Made by a program: the position numbers and the translations under genes. From positions 3,266-67,265 of IMG/VR virus record IMGVR_UViG_3300012347_000286: DNA of 64,000 nt; one strand, written 5' to 3'. This DNA comes from a virus. Shown one piece after another: positions 9,364 to 17,857 of the stretch (the stretch's first letter is position 1; the number at the start of each line of letters is the position of its first letter). The notes beneath the pieces were generated by a model. The model searched no databases, had not been told where the DNA came from, and saw only the letters and a list, made by a program, of their open reading frames with translations.

Positions 9364-9783
9364 ATGTTGAATTGCTTCTTCTACATCATGGTGCTTACAC
9401 ACAATGGTAAAGTTGGATTTGGAATTACTGGCAATGTACACAATCGTATTTTCGACTACATTGCTGGTTCTGCTGAGTTACAATCGTTCAAGTATCTCTA
9501 TTACGGCTCCCGTGCTGACATTGCCGATATTGAGAAGAAACTCAAAGCTGAGTGGAAACGACACATGTGGAAAGTGTTCAAAGGTAACAAATGGACTCTT
9601 GAAATTCTTGACCCATCGTCAGGGCTGTCAGCAGAAGATGTACAAGAATGGGTAAACAATAAGATTGTTGAACTCAACTTACCTATCCGTGTCATTAAAG
9701 ATGAATGGTTGCCCTATCAAGGTGACAAGCGAGTTACCCGTAAATTCATTGAACTTAGCCCAGATATGTATCTTGAGCCTTGA
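9364..9783 (+). CDS. hypothetical protein (139 aa)
   Basis: Track ORF immediately after the upstream stop. Confidence 0.5.
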   Translation: MLNCFFYIMVLTHNGKVGFGITGNVHNRIFDYIAGSAELQSFKYLYYGSRADIADIEKKLKAEWKRHMWKVFKGNKWTLEILDPSSGLSAEDVQEWVNNKIVELNLPIRVIKDEWLPYQGDKRVTRKFIELSPDMYLEP

Positions 9784-9808
9784 CATTTTCTAAATATACG
9801 TATATAAT
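9780..9808 (+). promoter_or_regulatory. sigma70 promoter (TTGACA-17-TATAAT); FEN ATG lies only 6 nt downstream of the -10
   Basis: -35 at 9780-9785 and -10 at 9803-9808; ATG at 9815. Confidence 0.7.
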
Positions 9809-9814
9809 AGACAC

Positions 9815-10828
9815 ATGAAATACGCACTAATCGACACAGCAAACACATTCTTCCGCGCACGACACATTGCTTCTCGTCAAGCAGACACGTGGGAAAAAAT
9901 CGGAATGGCAATTCACTTGACACTCGCTAGTACTAATAGTGTGGTAAATAAGTTTGGAATTGACCATGTAGTCTTTTGCTTAGAAGGTAGGAGCTTTCGT
10001 AAGTCTATCTCCCCTGCATACAAAGCGCATCGTGCAGTAGCACGACAGGCTGCGACAGAAGCTGAAAAAGAAGAATCAGAAATGTTTTGGGAAACTTACG
10101 GCGCATTCACAGAATTCTTGCAAGAGAAAACTAACTGTAGTGTCCTGCGTCATCCCGAAGCAGAAGCAGACGATATGATTGCACGTTTCATTCATCTACA
10201 TCCCGATGATGAACATTTTATTATCAGCACAGACAGCGACTATCACCAATTAATTTCTGAAAAAGTTTCGCAGTTCAATGGAGTTACTAATGAACTCATT
10301 AAACTCGACGGTTACTACAATGATAAGGGCAAACTAATCATTGATAAGAAGACTAAAGAGCCTAAGTTGTTAGACGACCCCGAGTATATTCTATTCAAGA
10401 AAATCATTCGCGGTGACGCAGGCGACAACGTATTCAGTGCATTTCCTGGCGTACGTGAGATTGGTACTAAAACCAAAGTAGGTATTCGTGAAGCATTTGA
10501 AGACCGTAATAGTCAAGGCTTTAAATGGAATAACTTCATGTTACAGCGTTGGACTGACCATGATAATGTTGAGCATCGTGTAAAAGACAAATATGAATTG
10601 AACAAGATTCTGATTGACTTGAAAGCTCAACCTCAAGAAATTAAAGATAAAGTCGATGCGACTATCAAATCAGATGTGCGTGTTACTACTACCCCGCAAG
10701 TTGGTATTAATTTGATGAAGCTGTGTGGAAAATATGAACTTACGAAAATCTCTCAGCAGGCTGATAGCTATGCTAAATGGCTTAACCTCCCATATAAGGG
10801 CCAAGTACATGAATCACATCCTGCATAA
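9815..10828 (+). CDS. flap endonuclease / 5'-3' exonuclease (T5 D15 / T4 RNase H family)
   Basis: MKYALIDTANTFFRARH N-terminus and IISTDSDYHQL acidic clusters are typical of PIN-like 5' nucleases. Confidence 0.85.
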   Translation: MKYALIDTANTFFRARHIASRQADTWEKIGMAIHLTLASTNSVVNKFGIDHVVFCLEGRSFRKSISPAYKAHRAVARQAATEAEKEESEMFWETYGAFTEFLQEKTNCSVLRHPEAEADDMIARFIHLHPDDEHFIISTDSDYHQLISEKVSQFNGVTNELIKLDGYYNDKGKLIIDKKTKEPKLLDDPEYILFKKIIRGDAGDNVFSAFPGVREIGTKTKVGIREAFEDRNSQGFKWNNFMLQRWTDHDNVEHRVKDKYELNKILIDLKAQPQEIKDKVDATIKSDVRVTTTPQVGINLMKLCGKYELTKISQQADSYAKWLNLPYKGQVHESHPA

Positions 10829-11039
10829 ACAAATCTATGCAGGTCTCTATGAGATTATCAAAGATAGAGACTTGTATTATCATAGTGGTGTAGGTCAACA
10901 CTATAGCCACTTAACCGAACGAGGTAAAGAGGCTACGGTTAAGTGGCTTAACATGATGGCATGGGAAATGATTGAACTTGAACGAAAAGAGTTAGATGCC
11001 CGCGCCAAGAAGTTAATGTGGGAAGAGTTGAAAAAATGA
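10809..11039 (+). CDS. hypothetical protein (about 76 aa)
   Basis: Internal ATG with AAGGG RBS; the longer track ORF 10725.. overlaps FEN by 100 nt. Confidence 0.4.
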   Translation: MNHILHKQIYAGLYEIIKDRDLYYHSGVGQHYSHLTERGKEATVKWLNMMAWEMIELERKELDARAKKLMWEELKK

Positions 11040-11263
11040 CCTTTGTTACAACCGATACAACGATTAGAGAGATTCGTCAAGGTGATTACGACTTCTTTAT
11101 CTTAGATGGTGTTAAACTTTCACCTCGTGCATACATTGAAGTATCTGACGTATGCCCTCATAATATTAAATTAGCTATTCATAAAGCAATGGCTGATGGT
11201 TACCTTAAAACTGTAGCGTGTGTTAAAGAAAAAGATTATGTTTGGGAGAAACTCAGTGGATAA
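11018..11263 (+). CDS. hypothetical protein (81 aa)
   Basis: Track ORF. Confidence 0.45.
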   Translation: MGRVEKMTFVTTDTTIREIRQGDYDFFILDGVKLSPRAYIEVSDVCPHNIKLAIHKAMADGYLKTVACVKEKDYVWEKLSG

Positions 11264-11468
11264 GAATCAACAAGAACTATTTAAAATTATCCTCGATGAA
11301 GTCTTGGTTGGCATCAGTGAAAAAGAGTTAGCCAGTTTGATTGACACATTCGTTGAAATATACGAAAATAAGTTTGGTACACTCTCATTAGAAGACACTG
11401 AACCAGAAGAACCTGAACTAATGCACACAAAAGAAGCAACCGAGTACTTGAAGAAGTTCACGCTATGA
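11238..11468 (+). CDS. hypothetical protein (start uncertain; GTG at 11256 has a GGGAGA RBS)
   Basis: Track ORF 11220..11468; candidate starts are ATG 11238 and GTG 11256. Confidence 0.4.
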   Translation: MFGRNSVDKNQQELFKIILDEVLVGISEKELASLIDTFVEIYENKFGTLSLEDTEPEEPELMHTKEATEYLKKFTL

Positions 11469-11953
11469 CAAAAGAAATCTTTTACAAAAAAGTAGGTCGC
11501 AAATACGTCCCTGTCAGTGAATATGACAGTGACCTTTCCTATGCGCTACCAAAAGGTTCGCACTTGCTTGTTGTATACCCAGGGGGACAAAGCACACGCT
11601 ATAATGTCAACCCAAATCATATAGCTCTGATTGCCGCATGCAGAGTAGCAGAAGACACAATAAGTAAAGCTATCATGGATGCGACTGAGATTCGCCGTAG
11701 TACTCGCGGTAAGTCTGAGACTCCGTTGACAGAATCACAAAGAGAAGCATGGAACAATCTTGTAAAAGAATTTGGTCCTGATGCGAAACAACTAGAGTGG
11801 CCAAGCGCACGAGAAGCCGCAGAAAAAGCAGCAGAAGCAATGATGGCAGAAGCTGAAAAGCTAATGTCAGTGCCATCAGTAAAGAAAGCGTATGAGCAGT
11901 TTATGTTCATGGCAGAATTAACAAAGGATAACAACAATGAACTTGAAAGCTAA
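11465..11953 (+). CDS. hypothetical protein (162 aa)
   Basis: Track ORF, ATGA coupling. Confidence 0.55.
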   Translation: MTKEIFYKKVGRKYVPVSEYDSDLSYALPKGSHLLVVYPGGQSTRYNVNPNHIALIAACRVAEDTISKAIMDATEIRRSTRGKSETPLTESQREAWNNLVKEFGPDAKQLEWPSAREAAEKAAEAMMAEAEKLMSVPSVKKAYEQFMFMAELTKDNNNELES

Positions 11954-12398
11954 ACCAATCGTAAAGAATGAATTCTGGGTCATCACTGATGGCTCTAAGA
12001 AAGTCGGTAACGTAGTTGCTGAAGGTAGTGGGTTTGATGTTAAGATTGGGAACAATATCGAACATTACTCTACTAAGAAGGCAATTGAAAAAAGAGTACA
12101 AATTGAGTTTGAGAAAATTGTAAAGTCGAAGGCAGTTCCCGAAACTCCCCCTTTTGCAGTCTATCCAACATCGAGTAACCGCGTCTACAATAACGTATTT
12201 GACGTTAAGCGGAAACTGCATTTGTTTACAGAGACTCCTAAAAGTAAGTGCTTTCACGCCGCAGGTTGGTTTGCATTGAAACAGGGTGAAGAATTCGTTA
12301 CTACGTTATGTCCTAAGTACATTTTTGTTCAACGTTATGACTATATGGGACCATTTAAATCAGAGGAAGAGGCAAATAGTAGCATAAATAGTCTATGA
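11937..12398 (+). CDS. hypothetical protein (153 aa)
   Basis: Track ORF. Confidence 0.55.
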   Translation: MNLKAKPIVKNEFWVITDGSKKVGNVVAEGSGFDVKIGNNIEHYSTKKAIEKRVQIEFEKIVKSKAVPETPPFAVYPTSSNRVYNNVFDVKRKLHLFTETPKSKCFHAAGWFALKQGEEFVTTLCPKYIFVQRYDYMGPFKSEEEANSSINSL

Positions 12399-12580
12399 GC
12401 GAAATTAAGAAATTCATAGATAGAGTTGCTATAGTTGACGGTAGACAGGGGAGAGAAGTTTCCATGCTACTCTCAGATGCAAAGGCATTGCGTGACGAAA
12501 TAATGAAGCTAATGATTGATAACAATCAAAAAACTACTCCGGAAGTAGTTAACGTAGTCATGCAAGGTGGAAAGTGGTAA
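12395..12580 (+). CDS. hypothetical protein (61 aa)
   Basis: Track ORF, ATGA coupling. Confidence 0.45.
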   Translation: MSEIKKFIDRVAIVDGRQGREVSMLLSDAKALRDEIMKLMIDNNQKTTPEVVNVVMQGGKW

Positions 12581-12886
12581 ATGAGCAGAACACAACCAAA
12601 AGTTTTAGTCGAATTAGTTGATAAGACAACTTATAAATGTGACCAGATTGTCGAAGCGGCAGGCATCTGGGCAGTGTTCTATGACGGACAACCAATCAAC
12701 TTAAAGAGCCAGCATTACCTAGATAGCGAAGCTATTCCTAAATACAAAAAAACTAGTTTTAGCAACCCAGGACATGCTCGTAACCTGTGTCGTAAACTTA
12801 ACAATCAATTCAAAACGGATAAATTCAGTGTTGTGTTTATGAACAACGGCACGAAAGTTTATCCAGATGACGACACTAACGTATAA
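12581..12886 (+). CDS. hypothetical protein (101 aa)
   Basis: Track ORF. Confidence 0.5.
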   Translation: MSRTQPKVLVELVDKTTYKCDQIVEAAGIWAVFYDGQPINLKSQHYLDSEAIPKYKKTSFSNPGHARNLCRKLNNQFKTDKFSVVFMNNGTKVYPDDDTNV

Positions 12887-13271
12887 AGAGCAAATAACTG
12901 CGGTAGTATTAGAACAGTTACCGACAGGATTTCATCTTGGATTAACTCAGGATGAAGCTATGCGACAGTGGTGGCAAACTGGAGCACGTAGCAATGGATT
13001 GCGTCTAACTGAATTAGGTGATTTATCTTTTAGAGTAGCAGAGATAGAGTTTTACCAATACGATTTCAAAGTAAAACTTGCTGAAGGGTGGCATGGGTAT
13101 ATACTTGATATGAGTAAGAAATTACAATGCCCGTATTTCTTAGGCACTACTAAAACTCCGGGAAAGAAACAAGAACCGTATATCAGACTGTATGATAGCA
13201 AAATAGCGATGATGATTAGTTTATACGGTGATATAGATAGTTATTTAAAATCGGTCAAAATAAGAAAATGA
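12867..13271 (+). CDS. hypothetical protein (134 aa)
   Basis: Track ORF. Confidence 0.5.
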   Translation: MTTLTYKEQITAVVLEQLPTGFHLGLTQDEAMRQWWQTGARSNGLRLTELGDLSFRVAEIEFYQYDFKVKLAEGWHGYILDMSKKLQCPYFLGTTKTPGKKQEPYIRLYDSKIAMMISLYGDIDSYLKSVKIRK

Positions 13272-13335
13272 TTGTCAACGAAACTGTTGGCAAAGGCGTT
13301 AAATATATACTAGTAATATTTTTAAAGGAACTCAC

Positions 13336-13533
13336 ATGAAAAAACTATTCGCAATCTTAATTACAGCTTTCGCATTCTCAGCATTTGCCGCAGAGCCAGC
13401 AAAGACTCCTGCTACACCCGCAAGTGCACCAATGAAGTTGGCTAAGAAGAAAGACCATTCTAAGGACAAGAAGGTGGACGCCACCAAAAGTCCCAAAAGC
13501 GATAAAAAAGCCGCTGACAAAAAAGCTAAGTGA
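13336..13533 (+). CDS. secreted Lys/Ala-rich histone-H1-like small protein (65 aa, signal peptide)
   Basis: AAAGGAA RBS. Signal peptide MKKLFAILITAFAFSAFA is followed by a KKxK-rich tail. Confidence 0.55.
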   Translation: MKKLFAILITAFAFSAFAAEPAKTPATPASAPMKLAKKKDHSKDKKVDATKSPKSDKKAADKKAK

Positions 13534-13778
13534 TTTAGACGATGAGGACTATGGTCCAGCAGGACCAGAAGAACTAGACCTGCAACGTGGGTTTAGTCGC
13601 CCGAAACTATCTGAACCATTTTATGATGACGGTGTCTCTGATTATGTCGCTATTAGGTTAGCGTTGATTAGAGAGAAAGCTCTACAGAAATATAGAGAAA
13701 CCGTGTTATAATAGCATAAATAAAAGTAGTTAGAGTTCTACTTAAAAACTCAAATTAAACACACACAGGAGAAAATTT

Positions 13779-14090
13779 ATGTTTAACGTATTCGCATATT
13801 CCATGGTCGACACCATTCAGGAATCAAAAAAGAAGTTTGTCAACACAGTCATTACAAACCCAGAAATCAACACAGTTCTAAACTCATTCGTTGATTCTCA
13901 AGCCAAGTACACAAAGCAAGCTATTGACGCTGGCTCATTGGCATTCACTAAACTAGCTTCAATGGCAGTGGATAAGAAATTCTACACTGACGCAATGACA
14001 CCAGCAAAAGAAGCATTTGATAAAATGAAAGACGTTAGTTCTTTCTTCCCAACTGCTAGTTGCGCTAAGCCAGCAAAGAAGGCTAAGTAA
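13779..14090 (+). CDS. hypothetical protein (103 aa)
   Basis: CAGGAGAAAATTTATG RBS. Confidence 0.6.
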   Translation: MFNVFAYSMVDTIQESKKKFVNTVITNPEINTVLNSFVDSQAKYTKQAIDAGSLAFTKLASMAVDKKFYTDAMTPAKEAFDKMKDVSSFFPTASCAKPAKKAK

Positions 14091-14263
14091 TGTTTGGCGT
14101 TGTATTAGGTTTCATCCTATTAATCTCTATCTATCTTGCTGGAGCTTTTATTGCATTGTTACGTCAAAACGGATATCGCTTTGTTGAAACATGTAAAGAT
14201 GTAGTTGAAGCTATTCAGGACATCAAAAATTACAAAGCAAATCAAGGCACTAAAGGGTCATGA
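14090..14263 (+). CDS. small membrane protein (57 aa), not in the ORF track
   Basis: TAATG coupling. Hydrophobic N-terminus MFGVVLGFILLISIYLAGAFIALL. Confidence 0.45.
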   Translation: MFGVVLGFILLISIYLAGAFIALLRQNGYRFVETCKDVVEAIQDIKNYKANQGTKGS

Positions 14264-14838
14264 TTACATACGTCCACACTAACATCTATAAGATTAGTGA
14301 GTATGCTAGACATTTGAAGTCATTAGAAAGTGATGACCGTTATTCACGTTTCGGTCACCCTGCTAGTGACTACAATATCGACCAGCTTATCTTACAAATG
14401 TGTTATCACCCCAAAGACCATGAATTATGGTATGCACGTGATGATGAAAAGCGTGTTGGTTGGGGACATATGGCTAAGAATGACGATGGTTCTTGGGAAC
14501 TTGCAGTATCAGTGGATAAAGAGTTTCAGCGTCAAGGCATTGCAGATAAATTACTAACAGAAATGATTGAATGGGCTAAGTTCCATCATATCCCAGAAGT
14601 TTACATGCACTGCATTGAAAACAACAAAGTCATTCAACATCTTGCTACCAAGCATGAATTGAAACTTAAAGAACGAGGCGATGGTGAACGTACTGCGGCA
14701 ATCGAAGTACCAGAACCTAGCTTAGTAGAAGTGAGCAACCAGTTGTTCAAAGAGCAAACGGAGATTGTGCAAGAGATTACTAGACTACGAGGTAAACTCG
14801 CGGGTCTATGGTTGAATCCAAATCACCAAACTGATTGA
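14260..14838 (+). CDS. GNAT-family acetyltransferase-like protein
   Basis: VDKEFQRQGIADKLL matches the Q/RxxGxG/A acetyl-CoA binding motif. Confidence 0.6.
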   Translation: MITYVHTNIYKISEYARHLKSLESDDRYSRFGHPASDYNIDQLILQMCYHPKDHELWYARDDEKRVGWGHMAKNDDGSWELAVSVDKEFQRQGIADKLLTEMIEWAKFHHIPEVYMHCIENNKVIQHLATKHELKLKERGDGERTAAIEVPEPSLVEVSNQLFKEQTEIVQEITRLRGKLAGLWLNPNHQTD

Positions 14839-14882
14839 TTTTTCAATCACAAATAGACATAATACACACACAGGAGAATAAC

Positions 14883-15155
14883 ATGTCAAAATTCGAAACA
14901 CCAAAACTACCACAAGTAAAATTTAACAAAAACGGCTACGAGATTCGTGCCGACGTTCTAGCAATGGCTAAGGAAGTGGTCATGCAAGACTATCAAGTTA
15001 AGATGCATGGTTGGGAAATCACTGCCGGGCGTGACGAACGTACCGGTCAACTTACAACTACAGTAGCAATGCCAGAGTTTCCGGGCATGGACAAGATTCT
15101 AGAAGCCGCTGAAAAGATGTATGGCTTCGTCAATCAAGGATCTACTCAAAAGTAA
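14883..15155 (+). CDS. hypothetical protein (90 aa)
   Basis: CAGGAGAATAACATG RBS; the track ORF starts 16 codons earlier. Confidence 0.55.
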   Translation: MSKFETPKLPQVKFNKNGYEIRADVLAMAKEVVMQDYQVKMHGWEITAGRDERTGQLTTTVAMPEFPGMDKILEAAEKMYGFVNQGSTQK

Positions 15156-15170
15156 TACTTTTAGTTCTCA

Positions 15171-15200
15171 AAAAGGCTCCACTAGTTGGGGCTTTTTTTT
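15171..15200 (+). terminator. putative rho-independent terminator (GGCUCC..GGGGCU hairpin with G-U pairs plus T8)
   Basis: Hairpin followed by TTTTTTTT at 15193-15200. Confidence 0.5.
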
Positions 15201-15209
15201 GCCCAAAAG

Positions 15210-15238
15210 TTGACAATAAATGGGTAAAGTGATATACT
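15210..15238 (+). promoter_or_regulatory. sigma70 promoter (TTGACA-17-TATACT)
   Basis: -35 at 15210-15215 and -10 at 15233-15238. Confidence 0.65.
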
Positions 15239-15267
15239 ATGGGTAAGTTAAAGAAAAGGTGAACAAA

Positions 15268-15438
15268 ATGAATGTAGCAGATTTGATAGCATTGTTGAAC
15301 AATTTACCCGCTGATGCACCCGTAGTGCATCTAGGTCGTGACGATATGACATGCCCTGTGATATCTGTCCCTGATGTGTGTCTTGATGCTAGTGGACGAG
15401 TGGTTCTGTCTGGTGACTGGGCACCGATGAATTATTAA
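15268..15438 (+). CDS. hypothetical small protein (56 aa), not in the ORF track
   Basis: AAGGTGA RBS; placed between the promoter and the next gene. Confidence 0.45.
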   Translation: MNVADLIALLNNLPADAPVVHLGRDDMTCPVISVPDVCLDASGRVVLSGDWAPMNY

Positions 15439-15457
15439 GTTGTATAAGGAGAAAGAA

Positions 15458-15700
15458 ATGGACAAAGTTAAAATTACAGTTGGTGATATTGTATACTATC
15501 GTAGTAAGGCTGGAAACCAAGTTGTTTGTAAGGTTCGCAAAGTGAACCGAGTGAACTCCAAAGTAGAAATGCTGGCTGTGGGCGACCGAGTTGTACTACG
15601 TTATGATACAGTGGTGATACCAAAAATCAATTTGCGTAGGGCAACTCCTAGCATGATTGAATTGGTTTATGATTGCCACCTAGACCCTGCTATGTTCTAA
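15458..15700 (+). CDS. hypothetical small protein (80 aa); paralog of 16161..16391
   Basis: AAGGAGAAAGAAATG RBS. Shares the pattern GD.I.Y.S.AG..V..VR.V with 16161..16391. Confidence 0.55.
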   Translation: MDKVKITVGDIVYYRSKAGNQVVCKVRKVNRVNSKVEMLAVGDRVVLRYDTVVIPKINLRRATPSMIELVYDCHLDPAMF

Positions 15701-15705
15701 AACGG

Positions 15706-15734
15706 TTGACAATTAATCGTTTTGGGCATATAAT
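15706..15734 (+). promoter_or_regulatory. sigma70 promoter (TTGACA-17-TATAAT)
   Basis: Consensus hexamers with an A/T-tract spacer CGTTTTGGG. Confidence 0.7.
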
Positions 15735-15766
15735 ACATTCATAGTTTGAAACAAAGGAGCTTTAGC

Positions 15767-16102
15767 ATGATGAACGAAACTGAAACAAAACACAAATCAG
15801 CTGGTCAATTTGCTTGGTTCGCCGAGCGTGACGCACGTATGCGTAGTGCAGTAAATAGTTCTCTTTTTTCTGATGCCCAAAAGATTCGCGCAGAACGTGT
15901 GAAGCTGGGTCTTGAAATGGTGTTTAGTGCTGATAAAGTATACATCGAGTTTCGTAAGGGTTTCATTAGTGTTAAAGTTAACAAGCCAGAAGTGCGTGAC
16001 CGCAAGGGTCTTGCATTGTTAGAAATGTGTTACAAGAATGAGGGCTTTGAAAAGTGCAAAACTTCTCAGGGTTTCACTTATCGTTTGTTCAAAAAGGCTT
16101 GA
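15767..16102 (+). CDS. hypothetical protein (111 aa)
   Basis: AAAGGAG RBS before ATGATG. Confidence 0.55.
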   Translation: MMNETETKHKSAGQFAWFAERDARMRSAVNSSLFSDAQKIRAERVKLGLEMVFSADKVYIEFRKGFISVKVNKPEVRDRKGLALLEMCYKNEGFEKCKTSQGFTYRLFKKA

Positions 16103-16127
16103 CGATAAAACGTTTTGGGTATATAAT
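16099..16127 (+). promoter_or_regulatory. sigma70 promoter (TTGACG-17-TATAAT), a member of a 45-nt conserved promoter family
   Basis: GGCTTGACGATAAAACGTTTTGGGTATATAATATACACATAGACAG. Confidence 0.75.
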
Positions 16128-16160
16128 ATACACATAGACAGCAAACAACAGGAGTTGAAA

Positions 16161-16391
16161 ATGGAACTATCAGTTAAAGCAGGGGACAACATTCGTTATA
16201 CATCAGCCGCAGGCACACGAGTTGCTCAAGTTCGTAATGTCTCAATTAACCCAACTGCCCGCCCTGGACACTCTATTGCTTGGCTCAGTTTGTTCGTTCC
16301 AGCACAAAACGGTGGTAAATTTGATACTAATGTTACAATTCCCGCTGACGCAAGTTCTTTAAAAGCATTTAAAGTTGAGAAAATGGCTTGA
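16161..16391 (+). CDS. hypothetical small protein (76 aa); paralog of 15458..15700
   Basis: GGAG RBS. The track ORF 16038.. runs through the promoter. Confidence 0.55.
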   Translation: MELSVKAGDNIRYTSAAGTRVAQVRNVSINPTARPGHSIAWLSLFVPAQNGGKFDTNVTIPADASSLKAFKVEKMA

Positions 16392-16416
16392 CAATAAAAC
16401 GTTTTGGGTATATAAT
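16388..16416 (+). promoter_or_regulatory. sigma70 promoter, a near-identical copy of the 16099 element
   Basis: GGCTTGACAATAAAACGTTTTGGGTATATAATATACACATAGACAG. Confidence 0.75.
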
Positions 16417-16448
16417 ATACACATAGACAGTTAAGAAAAGGGCTCAAA

Positions 16449-16652
16449 ATGTCATTCGAAAAAGTTGTTCTCTCTCAAGTTGCTAAAGTTCTCGGTACTG
16501 ATAACCAAGCAAAATTTGAATACGGTACTCTCTTTGTTCAAGCTCCTGAACGTGATGCCCGTCGTGTCTTCTCTATGCTCTGCAAAGAATACAATTTCAA
16601 AGTTAGCCCAAGCAAAGTCGGTGACGAATTTGCTTACGATTTTATTGCTTGA
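16449..16652 (+). CDS. hypothetical small protein (67 aa)
   Basis: AAAAGGG RBS downstream of the promoter. Confidence 0.55.
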   Translation: MSFEKVVLSQVAKVLGTDNQAKFEYGTLFVQAPERDARRVFSMLCKEYNFKVSPSKVGDEFAYDFIA

Positions 16653-16677
16653 CAATAAAACGTTTTGGGTATATAAT
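16649..16677 (+). promoter_or_regulatory. sigma70 promoter (same family)
   Basis: TTGACAATAAAACGTTTTGGGTATATAAT. Confidence 0.75.
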
Positions 16678-16705
16678 AGAATCTTAAACAGTAAGAAAGA
16701 ACACA

Positions 16706-17005
16706 ATGACTCCATTGACTACACGCCAAAAAGCTCTGATTGTTTCTAACATTGTCAAAGCTGTAAAGAACATTGATAACCTCAACAAGACAGGTTACAA
16801 CTTCATCTACCAATGCTCGGGCTTTATTGCTCACTATGACATGTATGGTTTCATTGCAAGCTATTCAGGCGAATCATTGAAGCGTGATATCTTGTCTTAC
16901 GCAGGTCAAAATCAATGGAAAAACTTTCGCCCAGGCGAACGTGACTATGAATACTACAAAGCTAAGGCTGATGTGTATAACGAAATCGTTTCTCAAATCG
17001 TTTAA
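16706..17005 (+). CDS. hypothetical protein (99 aa)
   Basis: Track ORF after the promoter. Confidence 0.55.
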   Translation: MTPLTTRQKALIVSNIVKAVKNIDNLNKTGYNFIYQCSGFIAHYDMYGFIASYSGESLKRDILSYAGQNQWKNFRPGERDYEYYKAKADVYNEIVSQIV

Positions 17006-17014
17006 GGACTCAAA

Positions 17015-17143
17015 ATGAAAACATTTATTCTTGGTACAATCTTTGGTATCGTTGTTGCTACTGTTGGCTTCTCAGGCATTGCTCGTATGCTTGACAACGG
17101 TGTAGAGAAGACAAAAACAATCGCAGTGGAATCCGCAAAATGA
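17015..17143 (+). CDS. small hydrophobic peptide (42 aa), not in the ORF track
   Basis: AAGGA RBS; MKTFILGTIFGIVVATVGFSGIA is a single TM helix. Confidence 0.4.
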   Translation: MKTFILGTIFGIVVATVGFSGIARMLDNGVEKTKTIAVESAK

Positions 17144-17304
17144 CATTATTTGAAGTGATTGGTTTTCCAAAATCATGCCCATCTGAAACATTCAGCATTG
17201 GTACATATCAAACACTTGAGCGAGCCGAGGAAGTTAAGGCTAAGTCTTACACTGAATATTCTCGCTGTGAGTTTGAAATTGAAACAAAGTGGATGGAAGA
17301 ATGA
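17140..17304 (+). CDS. hypothetical small protein (54 aa), not in the ORF track
   Basis: ATGA coupling with the upstream peptide. Confidence 0.4.
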   Translation: MTLFEVIGFPKSCPSETFSIGTYQTLERAEEVKAKSYTEYSRCEFEIETKWMEE

Positions 17305-17669
17305 GAGTAAAAAACTGGATGATTGAAGTTAGCGTAATTGCACTAATGATTGGTGCAATAGTCGGTCTAGCTGGTTGCAATGAAAATCGTGACCGAACAG
17401 TAGGAGTTGCTGACTACGAACTCAAAGCGGAAGATTGTGTGGTCAAGTATATTGATAACCCTCGTGGTCACAACTTTTTCATCGCTAAGTGTCCGGCAGC
17501 AAGTGAGACAATTACTTACCAGCGACCGCAGGGCAAGGGTAGTGTGCCCACTGCTACAGTAATGACAAGCGAAACACTGCGTATGCAATTAGCTGAGGTT
17601 GAAGCTAAAGAAAAAGCATTGGCTAAGTTGTCAGTGCAAGAAAAAGTTTTGTTAGGCATCAAGGAGTAA
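17301..17669 (+). CDS. lipoprotein (lipobox LAGC)
   Basis: MRVKNWMIEVSVIALMIGAIVGLAGC signal/lipobox; the ATG overlaps the upstream stop. Confidence 0.55.
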   Translation: MRVKNWMIEVSVIALMIGAIVGLAGCNENRDRTVGVADYELKAEDCVVKYIDNPRGHNFFIAKCPAASETITYQRPQGKGSVPTATVMTSETLRMQLAEVEAKEKALAKLSVQEKVLLGIKE

Positions 17670-17672
17670 GTC

Positions 17673-17825
17673 ATGGATAAATGGATGAGTATTTGTTTAA
17701 TCTGTTTCGTGTTCGGTATGTTCAGCCCTGTAATTTTCATGGAGCGAGGAAAAACTGAATGCCGGGTAGAAGCTATCAAAGCACAAATGTCGGCTGACGA
17801 CATTATCAAACTGTGTGGTAAGTGA
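17673..17825 (+). CDS. small membrane protein (50 aa), not in the ORF track
   Basis: AAGGAG RBS at 17661-17666; hydrophobic N-terminus. Confidence 0.45.
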   Translation: MDKWMSICLICFVFGMFSPVIFMERGKTECRVEAIKAQMSADDIIKLCGK

Positions 17826-17857
17826 AATTTAAAAGAGCACAAGCGAGGGATAGAGTA

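Noticed and set aside
16090-16680. Possible CRISPR-like array because of three near-identical 45-nt repeats about 290 nt apart
   Set aside because: The repeats are sigma70 promoters (-35/-10 at exact spacing), each followed by an RBS and ORF. Similar copies occur on both strands, and no cas genes are present.
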